A stretch of 64,000 nt of DNA from an uncultured Acidobacteriota bacterium (GTDB lineage Bacteria > Acidobacteriota > Terriglobia > Terriglobales > Acidobacteriaceae): positions 3,035-67,034 of the forward strand of contig CAWIMI010000008.1 in assembly GCA_963837015.1 (NCBI GenBank). The letters are read 5' to 3'. A program made the translations under genes and the position numbers. Under the pieces are notes generated by a model. That model saw nothing but the letters and a program-made list of their open reading frames with translations, made no database searches and was not told the DNA's origin. This document shows positions 59,574 through 64,000 of the stretch, piece by piece (the first letter of the stretch is position 1; every line of letters starts with the position of its first letter).

Positions 59574-59652
59574 CTTACTCTATATCCCTGTGGAAAGGGG
59601 AGACCTTATTCAGAGTCTCCCTAAAGCCCCCTCGTGCGGTTGTCGGCGCAGC

Positions 59653-60057
59653 TTAGCTCATCGGGCTGATGTCTGAGACATGGATCGTGCTCGTGTTGCT
59701 GTCGAGGCTCCCACTTACCTTTACCTGCTGGCCGACGTATTTCTTGGCCTTCTGCTGATCATCCAACTGGTAGCTCATGTCGCTGGTCTTCAGCACATAC
59801 TTGCCACCTGCCTTCACCACGGTTCCGCTGAAAGATGAGGCTTGGTTGGCTTGCATGGAACTCGATGAATCCTGGTCCGGGGAACTCGGTTGGGGCTGTG
59901 TTCCTTGCTGATCCGCAGTGGGTTGCTGTGTGTTCTGCGTATCCGAAGCCGATGGCTGGGTGCTCGGCTGCGCTGACTGATCCTGCTGGGCGAAGCCGAC
60001 CGCAGAAAGTGCCATCGCTAGCGCCATCGTGGCTATTGCTGTAAGTAGTTTCTTCAT
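59653..60057 (-). CDS. Small secreted protein with a Gln/Ser/Pro-rich linker
   Basis: Signal peptide MKKLLTAIATMALAMALSAVGFAQ, then the C-terminal module FSGTVVKAGGKYVLKTSDMSYQLDDQQKAKKYVGQQVKVSGSLDSNTSTIHVS. Confidence 0.7.
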   Translation of the reverse strand: MKKLLTAIATMALAMALSAVGFAQQDQSAQPSTQPSASDTQNTQQPTADQQGTQPQPSSPDQDSSSSMQANQASSFSGTVVKAGGKYVLKTSDMSYQLDDQQKAKKYVGQQVKVSGSLDSNTSTIHVSDISPMS

Positions 60058-60240
60058 TCGTCTTTCCTCCGTTTTTGATTACGATCCGGCGAGGCTTAAG
60101 CTAGCAAGCGCCGTGCCATTTTCCTCAGCCTCGCGATGCCAAGCACATAGCCATGAGGTCGCGCTGCAGATCAATTTAGTAGGAGGTTTTTTCCCGAACA
60201 AGAATGAAAGTTATTCGTACAGAGAAACCTGTAGCTAGGT

Positions 60241-61041
60241 TTAAGGGGTGTCCCGCTTTTCTGTCTCGGACCGCGCCTGGGTCGAGTGCACTACCCGAGT
60301 TACGGCTGACTTCAGTTCCTCAGCGTTGAAGCCAAACGGACCGGGTCTGCTCTTATAAGCCACGCGTCCTGTGGAGTCGATCAAGTAAAGGCGGTCTGGC
60401 CACGCGGTGTAGGCCCGCTCGGTTGAGTTGCCAAATTCATCCAGCACCGCGGGAATCTCTATTCCGAGCTTGCGCACGCAAGCTCCGGCCACAAAACCGC
60501 GCTCTTCCTCGCTTCTCGGACTGGCAAACACAACCTTGTCCTCGAGGTTGCTGTGCATCTGCCAGACGTCACTGGGATGCGCTTCGGTAATGTAGACCAC
60601 GAGGAAAGCAGCCTGGCTTCCATACTCTTTGTAGAGCTTGTTGAGGGCGGGCACCTCCCGCCGGAACGGAGGTCAAGTGTAGCTGCCAAATATGAGTACC
60701 ACCGGCTGTCGTTGAGCGGTAAACGCAGACAGCTGTATCTGCGCGCTCTTGTCCAGCTTGGTTAAAGAAAAATCTGGTGCGGGGTCGCCTATTTGCAGCG
60801 TGCCGCTACGGGCGCGCATCCACAACGTTTCGAATGGAAGTACGAGAAACGCGACCGGACCAGGAACTCTGGCCATTACCCGAGCAAACTTCTCGGGGGG
60901 CTGCCGCATGACCGTGTACAACGCCCCGCAGGCGAAGATCCACAAAAGCGCGAGCACCGCGAAAGCCGTAACCAACCGCGTTCTTACCGACTCGCCCTTC
61001 GAATTCAGAACCTTCGTCCCCACAAACTTTGTTGCCCCCAC
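60241..61041 (-). CDS. Iodothyronine-deiodinase-like thioredoxin-fold protein with in-frame TGA (60673-60675) at the active-site position: candidate selenoprotein
   Basis: ORFs 60673..61041 and 60241..60654 are in the same frame and are joined by ...QPVVLIFGSYT-TGA-PPFRREVPALNKLYKEYGSQAAFLVVYITEAHPSDVW. This matches the deiodinase signature FGS-x-T-U-P-x-F and the downstream (Y/F)(I/V)xEAHPSDxW. There is an N-terminal TM anchor. Confidence 0.8.
60646..60662 (-). promoter_or_regulatory. SECIS-like hairpin 10 nt downstream of the deiodinase-like TGA
   Basis: Minus strand: UGA-CCUCCGUUCC-GGCGGG-AGGUG-CCCGCC. Perfect 6-bp stem with a 5-nt loop containing GGU. An alternative fold, CCUCCG...CGGGAGG, starts directly after the UGA. 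Confidence 0.45.
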
Positions 61042-61085
61042 CGGAGTTACGCGATTATAAAGATCGCCAACCAGCGGTCAATAAT

Positions 61086-62516
61086 ATGAAAGCAGTAGCC
61101 GGTGGTGATCGCGCGATACTCAAAACTACCGCGCTGGCACTCGATGCGCCCCCGTTATATCCTCAGGTCGTGCTTCACCCGCCCCCGTCCAGTCGGTCCC
61201 CAACCTCGGGTCTATTCCTGGGGCTCATTATTACTCTGGTCGCGGTCGTGGCCTACTCGTGGTACATCACGGTGCAGATTTCGGGTCTTCGCAAACTGCA
61301 AAACGATCTTGCCGGACGGAACCGTAAAGACTCGCTCCAACTGCTGCGTATCCAGAACGATTTGAATTCACTCGCGCTGGCCATGCGCGACATGCTCGAC
61401 AATGACGAACCCTACCCGCTCACGGCCTGGTCAGCGCAGTTCGAACGCATTCGCGCTGACTTGGACGATGCGCTCAAACTTGAAGAGCAGGTCGCCGTGG
61501 CCGAGCGAACCCCCGAGCAAAGACAGTTCTTAGGAAACTCGATAACCCAATTCTGGGGCGCGGTCGACCGTACCTTTGCGCTTGCTCGCGATGGCAAGGA
61601 CAACGATGCGCGCACCCAGATCCGGGTTTCGTTGCAGGCGCGTCAGGCAGCCCTAAGCACGGCAGTGGCACGGTTGCTGGTGCAGAACAATGAAAGCGAA
61701 GAACAGGTTGCGGGGCGCATCGGAGGGATCTACGATCGCGTGCAGCGGCAAGTCTACGTATTTCTTGCCGCAATCCTTGGCGCAATCCTGCTAACCAGCC
61801 TGTATCTGATTTACTCCAACCGCCGGCTCTTCGCGCAACTCGCTGCGCTTTCTGAGCAACGCAGCGAGCTGGCGCAGAAACTCATTTCTACCCAGGAATC
61901 CACTCTGCTGCACATCTCGCGCGAACTGCACGATGAGTTTGGCCAGATCCTCACCGCGATCGGCTCGATGCTGAGCCGGGCGCGAAATCATGTCCCCGAA
62001 GACTCGCCGCTGCGCGTTGAGCTGCGTGAAGTTTCCGAGATTGCGCAATCCACGCTCGACAAGGTGCGCAGCCTTTCGCAAGCGTTGCACCCGGTCATGC
62101 TGGACGAAGCCGGCCTCGAGAGTACGATTGATTGGTATATCCCAGTGGTGGAAAGGCAGACAAGAATTGAAATATCGTACGAGAAATCGGGAACGCCCTT
62201 TCCGGTCGACGGCAGCGTTGGGGTTCACATTTACCGAATCCTCCAGGAAGCACTCAACAACCTCGCCCGCCACTCCGGAGCGCGCCAGGCCTCGGTGCGG
62301 CTTCGCTTCCTTCCCGCAGGATTGGAACTGGAAGTTGAAGACCACGGGGTAGGATTTGTGGAACAATCTACAAGATCAGGCATTGGACTCGTGGCGATGC
62401 GTGAACGCGCGGAGTTGTTGCGTGGAAGTATCGAGTTTCTCAGGCCCGCGGAGGGTGGAACGCTGGTTCATCTGAAAGTGCCAATAGAGAAGGCGGCGGA
62501 GGCGCATGTCGAATAA
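61086..62516 (+). CDS. Sensor histidine kinase (HisKA_3 / NarX-LiaS type)
   Basis: Two TM segments, then the H-box HISRELHDEFGQILTAI and HATPase motifs (LQEALNNLARHSGA, VEDHGVGF, GIGLVAMRERA). I prefer ATG 61086 over TTG 61029. Confidence 0.9.
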   Translation: MKAVAGGDRAILKTTALALDAPPLYPQVVLHPPPSSRSPTSGLFLGLIITLVAVVAYSWYITVQISGLRKLQNDLAGRNRKDSLQLLRIQNDLNSLALAMRDMLDNDEPYPLTAWSAQFERIRADLDDALKLEEQVAVAERTPEQRQFLGNSITQFWGAVDRTFALARDGKDNDARTQIRVSLQARQAALSTAVARLLVQNNESEEQVAGRIGGIYDRVQRQVYVFLAAILGAILLTSLYLIYSNRRLFAQLAALSEQRSELAQKLISTQESTLLHISRELHDEFGQILTAIGSMLSRARNHVPEDSPLRVELREVSEIAQSTLDKVRSLSQALHPVMLDEAGLESTIDWYIPVVERQTRIEISYEKSGTPFPVDGSVGVHIYRILQEALNNLARHSGARQASVRLRFLPAGLELEVEDHGVGFVEQSTRSGIGLVAMRERAELLRGSIEFLRPAEGGTLVHLKVPIEKAAEAHVE

Positions 62517-63135
62517 GATTTCGGTCCTGCTGGTCGACGACCATAGCCTGGTGCGCCGTGGTTTTCGACGCATCCTTGAGGACGAACGCGACATTTCCGT
62601 GGTTGGTGAGGCCAACGACGGCGCCGAGGCGGTCCGTCTAGCGGAGCAACTGCGCCCGCAGCTGATCGTCATGGACTGCGCTCTTCCCGGCATGAGCGGA
62701 TTGGACGCGACGCGGCGTATCCTCCAGAAGTTTCCCGATACCGCCATCTTGATGTTGAGCATGCATTCGGAAGACACCTGGGTTCATCAAGCGCTGGATG
62801 CAGGTGCCCGCGGCTACATCCTCAAGAGTGCTGTGGATATGGAATTGGTAACGGCTATCCGGCGAGTCGTCGCGGGTGAGATTGTGCTCGACCCGCAAGT
62901 ATCTCGTGCTGCCACTTTGAAGGGCGAGCGGAATTCCGGAATTACTGTGCGCGAACTCGAAGTGCTGCAGCTTATCGTCGCTGGCAAGTCGAACAAGGAA
63001 ATTGCCGCCGAACTTGATCTGAGCGCCAACACGGTGGCCGTTCACCGCGCCAACATTATGGACGCGCTGGGGATTCATAAGACCGCGGACCTTGTTGTCT
63101 ACGCCATTCGCAGCGGCTTGGTGAACATTCGGTGA
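62506..63135 (+). CDS. NarL/FixJ (LuxR-type HTH) response regulator
   Basis: ISVLLVDDHSLVRRG...LIVMDCALPGMSG receiver domain, and the C-terminal HTH LTVRELEVLQLIVAGKSNKEIAAELDLSANTVAVHRANIM. It overlaps the kinase stop. Confidence 0.95.
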   Translation: MSNKISVLLVDDHSLVRRGFRRILEDERDISVVGEANDGAEAVRLAEQLRPQLIVMDCALPGMSGLDATRRILQKFPDTAILMLSMHSEDTWVHQALDAGARGYILKSAVDMELVTAIRRVVAGEIVLDPQVSRAATLKGERNSGITVRELEVLQLIVAGKSNKEIAAELDLSANTVAVHRANIMDALGIHKTADLVVYAIRSGLVNIR

Positions 63136-64000
63136 ACCGCAGATCTTTCTTGCATGGGCTCGCCGGTGCCGCCTCAGCTTCGGTTCTACCGTTGAAATTG
63201 TTCGCCGCGCCGGTGCCGGATACATCAAATCCCGGCTTCCGCCTCGTCGACATTACAAGTTCCGCCGGCATTCAGTTTCAGCACAACAGCGGTGCCTTCG
63301 GAGGCAAGCTTCTTCCCGAGACACTCGGCTCGGGCTGCGCTTTCCTCGACTATGACGGCGACGGATGGCAGGACATCCTGCTTATCAATGGCATGGATTG
63401 GCCCGGTCACAAGCGCCAGACATCTACCCTTCGGCTTTACCGCAACAACCGTGACGGCACCTTTACCGACGTGACTCATAAAGCGGGCCTTGATGTGGAG
63501 ATGTACGGGATGGGCGTCGCGGTGGGTGATTACAACAATGACGGCTTTCCCGACATCTTCATCACGTGCGTCGGTCAGAACCGACTTTTCAAGAATAACG
63601 GGAAGGGAAGCTTCGTCGATGTCACCCACTCCACCGGACTCGGCAACCGCCAGGCTCTAAGCACATCGGCATTATGGTTTGATTTCGACCGTGACGGCCA
63701 TCTTGACTTGTTCATCTGCAATTATGTGAAGTGGTCGCCCGAGCACGATGTGTTCTGCAGCCTTGACGGGAAACATAAGTCTTACTGCACGCCTGAGGCT
63801 TACCGCGGCGAAACCTGCTGGCTCTTCCATAATCGGGGTGACGGAACCTTTGAGGATGTCACGGCAACCAGCGGCATTTTCGACAGCAGTTCGAAATCGT
63901 TAGGAGTAGCCATGCTGGACTATGACCAGGACGGCTGGCCGGATATGCTGGTCGCAAATGACACGCAGCCGAACAAGCTCTACCGTAACCGGCACAACGG
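63132..64000 (+). CDS. CRTAC1/ASPIC-UnbV-type FG-GAP (VCBS) repeat protein, N-terminal part; continues beyond the window end
   Basis: Not in the ORF track because no stop is present. GTG 63132 overlaps the regulator stop. Tat-like signal (M)NRRSFLHGLAGAASA, then repeated DYDGDGWQDILLING, DYNNDGFPDIFIT, DFDRDGHLDLFICNY and DYDQDGWPDMLVAND. Confidence 0.85.
   Translation, partial: MNRRSFLHGLAGAASASVLPLKLFAAPVPDTSNPGFRLVDITSSAGIQFQHNSGAFGGKLLPETLGSGCAFLDYDGDGWQDILLINGMDWPGHKRQTSTLRLYRNNRDGTFTDVTHKAGLDVEMYGMGVAVGDYNNDGFPDIFITCVGQNRLFKNNGKGSFVDVTHSTGLGNRQALSTSALWFDFDRDGHLDLFICNYVKWSPEHDVFCSLDGKHKSYCTPEAYRGETCWLFHNRGDGTFEDVTATSGIFDSSSKSLGVAMLDYDQDGWPDMLVANDTQPNKLYRNRHN

Larger units (their letters stand above)
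56622..59620 (-). mobile_element. IS5-family insertion sequence (backbone about 1.15 kb) carrying two nested IS insertions; flanked by CTAA direct repeats
   Basis: Left end: CTAA|GGACTCTCTGAATAAG (56618-56637). Right end: CTTATTCAGAGTCTCC|CTAA (59605-59624). The terminal inverted repeats share CTCTGAATAAG, and the GAATAAG core recalls IS5 ends. Removing the two inserted elements leaves about 1.15 kb plus one DDE transposase gene. Confidence 0.65.

Noticed and set aside
59596-59620. The hairpin GGAGAC-cttattcag-AGTCTCC as a terminator for the adjacent small secreted-protein gene.
   Set aside because: It has no U tract. It coincides with the IS5-type terminal inverted repeat, which has a matching left end and CTAA duplication, and that explains it better.

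Overview
This is a 64-kb chromosomal segment with mid-to-high GC content. I infer an Acidobacteriota (Terriglobia-like) origin from gene content: an acidobacterial-type VWA protein, a DUF1800/DUF1501 pair, many secreted peptidases, and GTCATTCCGAG...CGAGGAATC REP-like elements. I support about 55 protein genes. They include housekeeping genes (dinB, uvrC, metG, argS, pepA, larC, an orphan nuoB), an exopolysaccharide export operon at the left edge, transporters, secreted M48/M28/M13/M17 peptidases, a nucleotide-second-messenger signalling cluster and a NarL-type two-component system. No rRNA, tRNA or CRISPR array was found. The main things the ORF track does not explain are as follows. (1) Two genes are each split by an in-frame TGA at the catalytic Cys position: a DedA-rhodanese fusion and a deiodinase-like thioredoxin-fold protein. 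Each TGA is followed 10-14 nt later by a GC-rich hairpin with a GGU-containing 5-nt loop, so both are candidate selenoproteins. (2) An IS5-family element bounded by CTAA target duplications has been invaded by an IS200/IS605-type element and an IS630-type element. (3) There are three decayed or frameshifted genes: the Wzc tyrosine kinase, a tandem partial duplicate, and a multiply disrupted membrane-protein gene. (4) A 319-aa lower-GC orphan gene is start/stop-coupled to a Rieske gene downstream of the solitary nuoB. All family assignments come from motif recognition by eye; no database search was run.
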